Part shown: positions 8,735 to 18,042 of the stretch, one piece after another
Numbering within the stretch: position 1 is the first letter of the stretch
Layout of the letters: every line of letters begins with the position of its first letter
Virus record (IMG/VR): IMGVR_UViG_3300012953_000099
Location: 1-34,207 of that record
Strand: one strand, 5' to 3'
Length of the DNA: 34,207 bases
Source: a virus
Lineage: Duplodnaviria; Caudoviricetes
The notes under the pieces: model-generated
Told to the model about the DNA's origin: nothing
What the model saw: the letters and a program-made list of their open reading frames with translations, nothing else
Database searches by the model: none
Program-made: the position numbers and the translations under genes

Positions 8735-10008
8735 TAACATTTTATGGAATAGTTGAAGATAGAAATGACCCATTGATGGTCGGAAGAGTTCGTGTTCGTA
8801 TACATGGAATTCATTCTGAAAATAAACAATATATTGCAACACCTGACCTTCCATGGGCACAAGTTTTATTACCAACAACTTCTGCTGGATTATCCGGCAT
8901 AGGAACACAACATGGGCTAATCGAAGGCTCAACAGTATTCGGTTTCTTCAGAGATGGTGAAAGTAAACAAGACCCTGTTATAACTCATGTATCTGCGGGT
9001 ATTCCTCAGAAAGGTTATAAAGAAACAACAAAAGACGAATTATTAAATAGAAGTATTGAAAAGGGTTTTAATGACCCACGAAGATTAAAAGTTGCAGACT
9101 ATAAAGATACTCCAGACGGACCTAATCCTGAACAAGCACCCAATCGTTCTCATGGTTTAACAAGTGATATAGAGAATGCACCAAAAAGTCCAAAAGAATT
9201 AAAGATTAATTACGACAATACAGGTTCTACTATCGAAGAGTTAGAGGTAACTGAAGATATGTTACCTTACTATCCATTATACACCGAAGAATCTGATTTG
9301 TCAAGTATTGCAAGAGGTGGTATTTTAGACCATGCAATTAAAGGTGATATAGTTCACCCAGAAACACAAAAGATTTTAGGAGATTTTGTGGATGTCCAAG
9401 CAAAACCTGTATATCCTTACAATAAGGTTTTACAGACCGAGGCCGGCCATGTTTTAGAAATCGATGACACACCAAAATCAGAAAGACTAAATCTTCATCA
9501 CAGGTCAGGAACATTCCACGAGATTCATGCAGATGGTTCAGAAGTCACAAGAATAGTAAACAATAATTATACTGCAATACTTAAAGATGACAAAGTTTAT
9601 ATTGCTGGTAATACAGACTTGCAAGTTGGTCATGGTAATGTAAACATAACAATCAATACAGGTAATGTTGATATGAAAGTTCTGAAGGGAAATGTTACTT
9701 CAGAGATTACCGAAGGAAATCTAAAAGCAGATATCCTAAAAGGAACAACCGATGTATTATCCGAAGGAAAGATAACAATCACAGGTAATAATACAACAGA
9801 GATTATATCTAACACAACAGTTACAGGAACATTACATGTAACTGGTGCTCAGACGAATGATTCAACAATACATGCAACAGGAGATATATCAACTTCTGCT
9901 GGAAATGCTCCAACACTTGCAACACATAAACACAAATCTACTTCACAAGATACAGGCTCAGGAGCAAATGCTAATAAGAAGAAAGATACTTCGGAACCTG
10001 ATGCATAA
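8731..10008 (+). CDS. gp5: Baseplate central spike gp5 (OB-fold + beta-helix, no recognisable lysozyme domain)
   Basis: FYGIVEDRNDPLMVGRVRVRIHG..DLPWA OB-fold; YPYNKV.QTEAGHVLEIDDTP..ERL...HRSGTF.EI..DGS; V..GN beta-helix repeats; terminal THKH. Confidence 0.9.
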   Translation: MITFYGIVEDRNDPLMVGRVRVRIHGIHSENKQYIATPDLPWAQVLLPTTSAGLSGIGTQHGLIEGSTVFGFFRDGESKQDPVITHVSAGIPQKGYKETTKDELLNRSIEKGFNDPRRLKVADYKDTPDGPNPEQAPNRSHGLTSDIENAPKSPKELKINYDNTGSTIEELEVTEDMLPYYPLYTEESDLSSIARGGILDHAIKGDIVHPETQKILGDFVDVQAKPVYPYNKVLQTEAGHVLEIDDTPKSERLNLHHRSGTFHEIHADGSEVTRIVNNNYTAILKDDKVYIAGNTDLQVGHGNVNITINTGNVDMKVLKGNVTSEITEGNLKADILKGTTDVLSEGKITITGNNTTEIISNTTVTGTLHVTGAQTNDSTIHATGDISTSAGNAPTLATHKHKSTSQDTGSGANANKKKDTSEPDA

Positions 10009-10012
10009 GGAG

Positions 10013-10020
10013 TATAAATA
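10013..10020 (+). promoter_or_regulatory. T4 late promoter (TATAAATA) for gp25-gp6
   Basis: Perfect consensus 5 nt before the gp25 ATG. Confidence 0.75.
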
Positions 10021-10025
10021 GATAT

Positions 10026-10442
10026 ATGGCAGATTTAAAATCACAAGCAAAGAATGTAGCGGCGAAGGAAGTTTATGCAGATTTAGACATGAATTTTACT
10101 GCACACCCAATTACAGGTGATTTAACTATCAAAAAAGATGCAGATGCAATCAAACAGTCTGTAAAAAATATCATAATGACTAATTATTATGAAAGGCCAT
10201 TCAAACCATCACTTGGTGGAGGTTTTAGAGACTTGTTATTTGCACTTGATACTGAAAGACGAGTAAAAAGAGCACAAGTAAAAATAAGTCAAGTAATTGA
10301 GGATTTTGAACCTAGAGTTACAGCAGTTATGCCTCAATTTGTAATAAAGAGAAACAACGATTTGCATGTCATAATTAATTATACGATTAAAAATGGTATG
10401 CCGAATCAAGAAGTCAATATGACACTTAAAAGGGCAAGATAA
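10026..10442 (+). CDS. gp25: Baseplate wedge subunit gp25
   Basis: YADLDMNF..HP.TGDL, AIKQSVKNI..TN.YERPF.P..G, FEPRV motifs. Confidence 0.93.
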   Translation: MADLKSQAKNVAAKEVYADLDMNFTAHPITGDLTIKKDADAIKQSVKNIIMTNYYERPFKPSLGGGFRDLLFALDTERRVKRAQVKISQVIEDFEPRVTAVMPQFVIKRNNDLHVIINYTIKNGMPNQEVNMTLKRAR

Positions 10443-12313
10443 TGGCAACAAAAAGTTCACAAATAAACATTACAGAATTAGATTTTGATTCTATTTCAGA
10501 TAATCTAAAAGCATATCTTAAAGGTCAAGAGAAATTAAAGGATTATAATTTTGAGGGGTCAACAATGGCGACATTGATTGACTTACTTGCGTATTCATCA
10601 CACATAGGTGCAGTCAATACTAACATAGCTGCGTCAGAATTGTTTTTAGACTCAGCACAAATAAGAAAGAATGTAGTATCTCGTGCAAAAGATTTAGGAT
10701 TTACACCTGCTTCAGAAAAGTGTTCATCTGCTATCATAGATATTGCATTAAATAATGTTTTAAAGGCCGATGGAACTTATCCGACACTTTCAGAAATGAC
10801 TATACCTAGAGGTCATGTTTTTCAAACAGTTTTTGATGGCGTATCATATGATTTTGTTACTACAGATACAAATAAACCAACTCAAAACAGTTCAACATTT
10901 AATTATACAGGTGTTGAGATATCACAAGGAACATATATGTCTGATTCTTTTGTCTATGATAGACAAATTAAGAATTCAAAATTTGTTTTATCAAATGAGA
11001 GGGTTGACAGAAGTAAACTTTCAGTTGTAGTTAACTCAGGTGGAACATCTTCTACTTATGCATTATCTACAGACATTTCTACAATTACAACAACATCAAC
11101 TGTATATTATACACAAGAAAACGAAGAAGGATATTTAGAAATCTATTTTGGTGATGGTGTATTAGGAAAAGAATTACTTGATGGTGATATTATAACTGCA
11201 ACATATATTGTAGTTGATACAGACCACGCCGATGGTGCAAAAAGTTTTCAACAAATCACTTCAATAAATGGTTATTCAGATTCAGTTATAACAACGACAA
11301 CCAATTCAACAGGTGGTGCTGAGAAAGAATCAGTTGAATCAATTAAGTTTAAAGCAAATAAATTTTTTACATCTCAGAACAGACTAGTAACACTAAATGA
11401 CTATAAAGCAAAAGTCAGTGAATATTATCCAAATGCTGATGCAGTTGCCGTATGGGGTGGGGAAGATAATAATCCACCACAATATGGTAAAGTGTTTCTT
11501 GCAATCAAACCTAAAAACTCAGACTATTTAACTGAAGTAGAAAAGGCAGAAGTAATTAGAAAACTAAATTCATTGAATATGGTTACAGTCAGACCAGAGA
11601 TTATAAATCCAGAAATTATTAAGATTCTTATCTCAACCTGTTTCAAATACAATAACAATTTTACAACACTATCAAAAGGAGAGTTAGAACAATTGGTCAA
11701 CACAACAATCAACCAATATGATGCAGATAACTTATCAAACTTTGATAGTATATTCAGACATTCAAACTTAGTAAAGAATATTGATGAAACAGATACATCA
11801 ATACTTTCTAATATAACAAACATAAGATTGAAGAAATCATCAAACATTACTTTAAATAAAAAGATTGGTTATACAAACGAATTTGGTAATGCTTTCTATC
11901 ACCCAAATGCACAATACAATAAAGCTTTAGGTGGTATATTATCTTCAACTGGATTTAAGGTTACAGGAGATTCTGTAAACACACAATATTTTGATGACGA
12001 TGGAGATGGTAATCTGAGAAGATACTATCTCTCTGGTTCAACAAGAATCTATAGTGATACGACTGCAGGAACAGTCGACTACACTACAGGTAAAATAACA
12101 ATCAATGCGTTGATGTTTACCTCAACAGTAAATACCAATACAACGATTGATTTCACAATCATACCAGACAGCTACGATGTAGTTGCAACTAGAGGTTCTC
12201 TTGTAGATATCTCTTCTGCTGATGTCACGGTCAAAGGTGAAATAGACACCATCGCAAGTGGTGAGAGTAGTGCTGGGGTTGGATTTAGTTCAACATCTAG
12301 TTCTACATATTAA
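10442..12313 (+). CDS. gp6: Baseplate wedge subunit gp6
   Basis: ELDFD.I..NLK.YL, DYNFEGS, ELFLDSA..R.NVVS.AK.LG.TP, QNRLVT..DY, WGGEDN.PPQYGKV motifs. Confidence 0.95.
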   Translation: MATKSSQINITELDFDSISDNLKAYLKGQEKLKDYNFEGSTMATLIDLLAYSSHIGAVNTNIAASELFLDSAQIRKNVVSRAKDLGFTPASEKCSSAIIDIALNNVLKADGTYPTLSEMTIPRGHVFQTVFDGVSYDFVTTDTNKPTQNSSTFNYTGVEISQGTYMSDSFVYDRQIKNSKFVLSNERVDRSKLSVVVNSGGTSSTYALSTDISTITTTSTVYYTQENEEGYLEIYFGDGVLGKELLDGDIITATYIVVDTDHADGAKSFQQITSINGYSDSVITTTTNSTGGAEKESVESIKFKANKFFTSQNRLVTLNDYKAKVSEYYPNADAVAVWGGEDNNPPQYGKVFLAIKPKNSDYLTEVEKAEVIRKLNSLNMVTVRPEIINPEIIKILISTCFKYNNNFTTLSKGELEQLVNTTINQYDADNLSNFDSIFRHSNLVKNIDETDTSILSNITNIRLKKSSNITLNKKIGYTNEFGNAFYHPNAQYNKALGGILSSTGFKVTGDSVNTQYFDDDGDGNLRRYYLSGSTRIYSDTTAGTVDYTTGKITINALMFTSTVNTNTTIDFTIIPDSYDVVATRGSLVDISSADVTVKGEIDTIASGESSAGVGFSSTSSSTY

Positions 12314-12392
12314 GGTATTCATTATGAATAAAGTGGTCGCGAGTCCCGCGAGTAGTTTCCCATTAATTTGGATTATATAAAAGGAGAAAAAA

Positions 12393-12860
12393 ATGGCAGA
12401 TAAAAAAATATCAGCACTATCAGCAGTAGCAGATTCAGCAATTGGAGCTGATGACTTACTACACATTGTAGATAACCCAGGTGGAACACCTGTAAACAAG
12501 AAGATGACTATTGGTCAATTGTTTGAAAATATCCCAACTCATTTAGCAGTTGATGATATTGTCACACATACGGCAACTAGTTCAACATTACAGAATCAGT
12601 TTTGCAATATCTTCAACATGTCACAAACATCGAAAGTTGTTTATGACCTTGGAGTTGGAACACAAACTGGTCAGTTATTGGTCTTCATCATGTCAGCTAT
12701 AGGTTCAGGCGGTTCAGCTGCTATAACTGTTAGTTCATGGGGTGGTTCAACAGATACTACAGAACAAATTACACTTGATGCAGTAGGCGAAGGCTGTGTA
12801 TGCATGTGGAATGGTTCAAAGTGGTTTGTTGTTGCTAACAATGGTTGCACAATAACATAA
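12393..12860 (+). CDS. Hypothetical virion structural protein
   Basis: 155 aa, AAGGAG SD; N-terminal MADKKISAL...DDLLHIVD...NKKMT module common in phage structural proteins, beta-rich C-terminus (WNGSKWFVV). Confidence 0.7.
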   Translation: MADKKISALSAVADSAIGADDLLHIVDNPGGTPVNKKMTIGQLFENIPTHLAVDDIVTHTATSSTLQNQFCNIFNMSQTSKVVYDLGVGTQTGQLLVFIMSAIGSGGSAAITVSSWGGSTDTTEQITLDAVGEGCVCMWNGSKWFVVANNGCTIT

Positions 12861-12871
12861 GAGTAAAATAA

Positions 12872-15800
12872 ATGTCTCACGAATCATTATCATCAGATAA
12901 AATTACCCAAAGACTGCATACAATCTTACCAGAACATGTAAGAGAAGATGCACCTGCTTTTGCGGCGTTTTTATCTGCATATTTTGAATTCTTAGAGAGA
13001 GAGGTTATAACTCTTAAATCACAAAGCGATTTAGACGGTATTGCTTTAGAAGACGGTCAAGGTTCTCTACTTGTAGAAGCTGCGACCGTCTCACCGTCTC
13101 CAGATGAGAACTCATCTAAAATCATAAACGAGTCAACAGCGACAAACCCAAATGTAAGTGCAGAACCTCTTACAGTTGGAGAATATGTTTATGGTCAATC
13201 AAATGGTTCTATTGCAAGAATAGATGTTATCAATGGTAACACATTATATGTTTCAACAATTCAAGGTAATGGTTTCTCATCAGGTGAAATCATTGAAGGA
13301 AGAAACAGTTTACAAACTGCAGAAGTTTTAAACTATAGAGAAAACTCTATACTTGCCAACAATCGATTATTAGACTATTCTGATATCGACCATACAACTG
13401 AAGAATTTCTACAATACTTCCAGAAAGACTTCTTACCATCGATTGATTTATCAAAACTTAAAAACAAAAGATTAACAATCAAAAACATTTCTGATTTATA
13501 TCAGAGAAAAGGAAGTGAAGAGTCAATTAAATTCTTAATGAGACTCTTATATGCTCAGGATGCAGAAATTAGATATCCTGACAACGAAACAATTTATGTA
13601 TCTGAATCAAATTACAATGAAGAGAGAAGATTAGTTATATTGATGCCTGATGAAAAGGTACCTGCAGAAACAGATAAACTAACTTACTATGATTCAGATG
13701 GCAAGACTATACTTGCAGAAGCAAATATAGAAAGAATAAACACACTTGCAACGAACACTTACTCATGTAGTATATCCAGAAATCACTATGGAACTTTTGT
13801 AGAGAATACACAAGTTACAGTTTTAGATAGAGATGGTATTACAAGTTACATAGGAACAATTTTAGGTGTAAATACAGCAATCAATACTACGAGTGGTTCT
13901 TCTACTTATGTGAGTCAATTCAATGATACCGATGGCCATGGTATTCTCTTAGCAGAAGATGGTTCTGGTATTCTTATGGAGAAATCTACAATAGGTTCTC
14001 TATATTCAATGAATGACAATATCATATTTACAGGTTCTAAAGATGATGCAGGAGTTGTAGACTCATCTGCAAAAATTGATGAACTATCATCTGGACCTGT
14101 TAAAGAAATTATTGTTGAGACTGGTGGTATTAATTACGAAGCTGGTGAAATGGTTGTCTTTGATGAAACTAACACAGGTGGTAATACTGCAGAAGCTATA
14201 ATTGCAGCGACTGGTGATGAAATCATATTAGAGAATGCCACACTTTGGGGTCAATTTGAATTTATTGCAACAGCCAATCAAACCGTATTTGGTGGTCCAG
14301 GTGTAAAAGATGTAAACGGAAGATATGTATTCTTTAATGACCATACTGTTAAAATATTTAAAGACGGTTTAATACAAACAGACCCAGGTGATGGTTCACT
14401 ACTTACAGTAAAAAATGATAGAGTCACATTTGCGGCTGGTCAGTCTGCAGGAACAAAAATTGAAATTGTTACCGAATCAAATAGATTATTACACGAAACA
14501 GGAAAACCAATAACACTAGATGCATATGATGATAGTGGAACTATTGTATCAGATGACGGAAGAATTAGAAGAGTTGAAATTTTAAATGGTGGTGTAGGAT
14601 ATAGTTCTATACCAGTAATAAGTCCTGGTGGTTATTTATACTTTGATTCTGTAAGTGGTTTCCTAGTAGGTGAAACAGTCACAGGTTCAGTATCAAATGC
14701 AACTGCAACTATTCTAAGAATAGAACCTGAACACAATAGAATAGTAGTAAAAAGAAGTCATACAGACACAGGAGTATTTCAATCTAACGAACAGATTACA
14801 GGTTCACTTTCATCAACTGCAACATTAAATAGAAAATCTACTGTTTCAACAGGAACAGGTGCAAAACTTCTTGCATACTCAGATGAAATTGGTGGTGCTC
14901 ATTCAATTAACATAATAACACAAGGTTATAATTTTGATTCAGATGGTGTTGTTTCATCGTCTTCAGAATACCCCATGTTAATTTCTACACCTAGTGCAAC
15001 ACCAGCGAGAGACAATGTAATAACAGGTGCTACATCAGGTTCAACTGCAAAGGTTGTTAGTTATAATGCAGGTAGGCAGATTGTAACATATAAAGATTTA
15101 TCTGGTGAGTTCTTAGAAGGAGAAACAATAACATTTAATGTTAGTGATAAGTTTACAGTCTTTAAATCAGACCCAATATCAGGAAGAGGTAGATTTGCTG
15201 GAGAAGGAAATGTAAATGAAGGATTATTAGGAGATAAAGGAACCTTAGATGCAACTGCGGCTAATATACAAGATGGTTATTATTATCAAACACATTCGTA
15301 TATTGTTAAAGTTGGTGAATCAATTAACAGTTGGAGAAGTGTATTAAAAGATTTAATTCATCCATCTGGTCATATCTTCTTTGGTGAAGTTGCAATTAAC
15401 TCATCAATCAATACAGTTGCAGACGAACAATTCAGATTTAGACCAACACTTATAATGAACTTAGATGTTGGTGTTGCAGTTCCAAATGCGTTTGCAAATT
15501 CTACAAGAGTTGTAAATCTTTGGACTACAGATAGTGAAGTCACAGCTTCTGGTGTAATGATGCAATTATTAGAAGCAGGTATTCCAGGAGTAAATGTAGA
15601 TACATCAGGTGTATTAAATGTAGTAGATACAAAAAATCCTGCAGGACAAAGTTTAGGTGCAAGGTCAGAATTTTATGACACTTCACATAGGGCAAGACAC
15701 ATCAACCTTAATATTATAAACTCTTTTGCACCAAAAACAACTCTTTATGCAAAGGGTTCAAACGATGGCATACCAACAGCATTATCTTTAGATTCTGCAG

Positions 15801-16486
15801 ACCACGATTACTTAATAAGAAGTCCAGAAAGAAGACCTGCAGACCAAGGTAAAATTTTACAACTTGGTTCTTTAGTTGATGAACAACTAATACTTGAAGA
15901 TGGTGGTCGTATTGAATTAGAAGAAGAATTGTGTAAAGTGATGATGGAACCTCATGAACATGCAAGAGTAAAGGGTGATTACGGTGATGTCTTCACAATG
16001 GAAGACGGAAGTATATTCAGACTTGAAAGTGCAACTACAGATGAACCTGTTCATTACTTTACGACTGAAAGGTCTATAGAATTGGCAGGAAAATATCTTA
16101 GAACAGAAAAAAACGAAAGAATCTCTATGGAAGATGGAGACATACTAATTGATGAAGAGAATTCAGAAAATAGTATAGTCAGTTTCGTTCCTTTAGGGTC
16201 TCGATTTAGCACTATAAATACAATTAGTGAACAGAACACTTATCGAATATCTTATCATATGAAACAAGATGATGGTTCTGCATTCAATTCAGGAACACAT
16301 GGAGATGAAATCTTAATGGAAGATAATTCAGGAAGTGTATTGATGGAAGAATCTATCAAAGAGGGATTGAGAATATCAGATATAGAACATTACTATCCTA
16401 AGTTTTATGTATCTGAATATGACAATCATAAAAATTTAAGAACAAATTTAACATTTAATGCATATGTTAAGTCGGCCACGACATAA
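12872..16486 (+). CDS. gp7: Baseplate wedge initiator (gp7-like)
   Basis: LPEHVRED...F..FL.AYFEFLE, IKNI.DLY.RKGSEESIKFL.RLLY, IQDGYYYQ.HSYIVK, IHPSGH.FFGEV; located between gp6 and gp8. Confidence 0.8.
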   Translation: MSHESLSSDKITQRLHTILPEHVREDAPAFAAFLSAYFEFLEREVITLKSQSDLDGIALEDGQGSLLVEAATVSPSPDENSSKIINESTATNPNVSAEPLTVGEYVYGQSNGSIARIDVINGNTLYVSTIQGNGFSSGEIIEGRNSLQTAEVLNYRENSILANNRLLDYSDIDHTTEEFLQYFQKDFLPSIDLSKLKNKRLTIKNISDLYQRKGSEESIKFLMRLLYAQDAEIRYPDNETIYVSESNYNEERRLVILMPDEKVPAETDKLTYYDSDGKTILAEANIERINTLATNTYSCSISRNHYGTFVENTQVTVLDRDGITSYIGTILGVNTAINTTSGSSTYVSQFNDTDGHGILLAEDGSGILMEKSTIGSLYSMNDNIIFTGSKDDAGVVDSSAKIDELSSGPVKEIIVETGGINYEAGEMVVFDETNTGGNTAEAIIAATGDEIILENATLWGQFEFIATANQTVFGGPGVKDVNGRYVFFNDHTVKIFKDGLIQTDPGDGSLLTVKNDRVTFAAGQSAGTKIEIVTESNRLLHETGKPITLDAYDDSGTIVSDDGRIRRVEILNGGVGYSSIPVISPGGYLYFDSVSGFLVGETVTGSVSNATATILRIEPEHNRIVVKRSHTDTGVFQSNEQITGSLSSTATLNRKSTVSTGTGAKLLAYSDEIGGAHSINIITQGYNFDSDGVVSSSSEYPMLISTPSATPARDNVITGATSGSTAKVVSYNAGRQIVTYKDLSGEFLEGETITFNVSDKFTVFKSDPISGRGRFAGEGNVNEGLLGDKGTLDATAANIQDGYYYQTHSYIVKVGESINSWRSVLKDLIHPSGHIFFGEVAINSSINTVADEQFRFRPTLIMNLDVGVAVPNAFANSTRVVNLWTTDSEVTASGVMMQLLEAGIPGVNVDTSGVLNVVDTKNPAGQSLGARSEFYDTSHRARHINLNIINSFAPKTTLYAKGSNDGIPTALSLDSADHDYLIRSPERRPADQGKILQLGSLVDEQLILEDGGRIELEEELCKVMMEPHEHARVKGDYGDVFTMEDGSIFRLESATTDEPVHYFTTERSIELAGKYLRTEKNERISMEDGDILIDEENSENSIVSFVPLGSRFSTINTISEQNTYRISYHMKQDDGSAFNSGTHGDEILMEDNSGSVLMEESIKEGLRISDIEHYYPKFYVSEYDNHKNLRTNLTFNAYVKSATT

Positions 16487-16489
16487 ATA
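16482..16489 (+). promoter_or_regulatory. T4-type late promoter variant (CATAAATA) for gp8
   Basis: Overlaps the gp7 stop codon, 37 nt before the gp8 ATG and its GAGGAG SD. Confidence 0.5.
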
Positions 16490-16526
16490 GTATTAAAGAA
16501 AATTATAATCTGAGGAGATTAAGAAA

Positions 16527-17996
16527 ATGGCAGCAATAATAACAGAGAAGTTTCGTGTTCACAATGCGAGACAATTTAAAGAGGACTTTAGTGAAGACCT
16601 TTCTTCAACCTATGTATTCATAGGTCGTCCATATTCATGGGCAGACGATAATAGTCCACCTGCACCAGCAAATGGTGTTGGAGAAGAAATTCAGGCATGG
16701 GAAGACATGTTGGCACTTAAAAAAGTATTACCAGCAGATGTATCTCATGGTATAAACAGATATAACTGGACATCAGGAACAACTTACGATGAGTATTCAC
16801 ATGATTACAGTGCAACAAATAAAACACCTGCAACAAATAAAGATAGTTTGTATGAAGGAAGATTCTATGTGTTGACTGATGAGTATCATGTTTATAAATG
16901 TATCAGAACAGGAAGAGATAGTTCAGGTGCAGTTGTAGGTTCAGCAAACAAACCAACAGGAACAGATGTATCAACTCTATTTGAAGGAACAGCAGCTGAT
17001 GAGGGTGGAACAGACGGAATGCCTTATCTTTGGAAGTATATGTATACTATATCTGCTTCAGATACAATCAAATTCGTAACTAACGACTTTATACCTGTTA
17101 AAACACTAGGTGCTTTAAACGGAATTTATGGAACTCATACAAACGGTGGTCTGAACTCCTCAGCAGACAACGATGGTTCTCAACAGTATCAAGTTGAAAC
17201 CAATGCCGTTGACGGTTCAATTCTTCATATTAAAGTAGACAACCCAGGTTCTGGATATACAGATGGAACTTACACGAGTGTTGATATAGACGGAGATGGT
17301 TCATTAGGAAAATGCACCGTTAAAGTAGTTTCAGGTGGTTTAAGAGAAATCGATGTTACTACAAGAGGTTCAGGATATAAACAAGCATCTATTGATGTTG
17401 CAAACATACCAAGTATCGGTGGTGGTTCAGGTGGAGTTGCAACTCCAGTAATCTCACCTCAGTTCGGACATGGTGCTGACCCTGTAGAAGAATTAGGTGG
17501 AAACTACATCATCGTTAATTCAAGATTAGAATTCTCAGAGGGTGGTGGAGATTTCCCAACAGATAACGATTTCAGAAGAATCGGTCTATGTCAAGACCCA
17601 TTTACATTCGGAACTACAAACAGGTCAACTGCAACAAGTATGACTGCTTATAAGAAGGCAACTCTATCTTCAATTGGTTCGCTTAGTGTAGATGACATAG
17701 TGCATAGTGCGGGTTCTGATGGTGCTGGTGTGGCCGTGGCTAGAATCGTTTCTATAACAGGAAATGTAATATCATATTTACCAATTGCAAATAGTGAGGG
17801 TGGTTATGTAGACTTCGTAGCAGGAAATACAGTTTTCAAAATAGGAACTGGTTCAATCGGAACCATAAACGCTTCTTCTGTTATAAATCCTGAAGTTCAA
17901 CACCATACAGGTAGAATGATGTATATTGAGAACAGAGGTGCGGTGACTCGTGCAAGTGACCAGATTGAAGATATCAAACTGATTATCGAAATGTAA
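16527..17996 (+). CDS. gp8: Baseplate wedge subunit gp8
   Basis: MAAIITEKFR.HNA.QF, YVFIGRP..W, FYVLTDEY.VYKC, YLWKYMYTI, GHGADPVEELGG, NDFRRIGL, YIENR...RASDQIEDIKLIIE. Confidence 0.93.
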   Translation: MAAIITEKFRVHNARQFKEDFSEDLSSTYVFIGRPYSWADDNSPPAPANGVGEEIQAWEDMLALKKVLPADVSHGINRYNWTSGTTYDEYSHDYSATNKTPATNKDSLYEGRFYVLTDEYHVYKCIRTGRDSSGAVVGSANKPTGTDVSTLFEGTAADEGGTDGMPYLWKYMYTISASDTIKFVTNDFIPVKTLGALNGIYGTHTNGGLNSSADNDGSQQYQVETNAVDGSILHIKVDNPGSGYTDGTYTSVDIDGDGSLGKCTVKVVSGGLREIDVTTRGSGYKQASIDVANIPSIGGGSGGVATPVISPQFGHGADPVEELGGNYIIVNSRLEFSEGGGDFPTDNDFRRIGLCQDPFTFGTTNRSTATSMTAYKKATLSSIGSLSVDDIVHSAGSDGAGVAVARIVSITGNVISYLPIANSEGGYVDFVAGNTVFKIGTGSIGTINASSVINPEVQHHTGRMMYIENRGAVTRASDQIEDIKLIIEM

Positions 17997-17999
17997 TTC

Positions 18000-18021
18000 A
18001 TGGGAGTTAAAGAACTCCCAT
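18000..18021 (+). other. Intergenic stem-loop between gp8 and the VrlC-like gene
   Basis: ATGGGAGTT-AAAG-AACTCCCAT perfect 9-bp inverted repeat; no U-tract, so more likely a processing/stability hairpin than a strong terminator. Confidence 0.55.
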
Positions 18022-18042
18022 ATATAAAATTTAGGACAAACA

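Noticed and set aside
16213-16220. TATAAATA inside gp7
   Set aside because: About 300 nt from the next start, and a closer candidate exists at 16482; an 8-mer of A/T can occur by chance in this composition.
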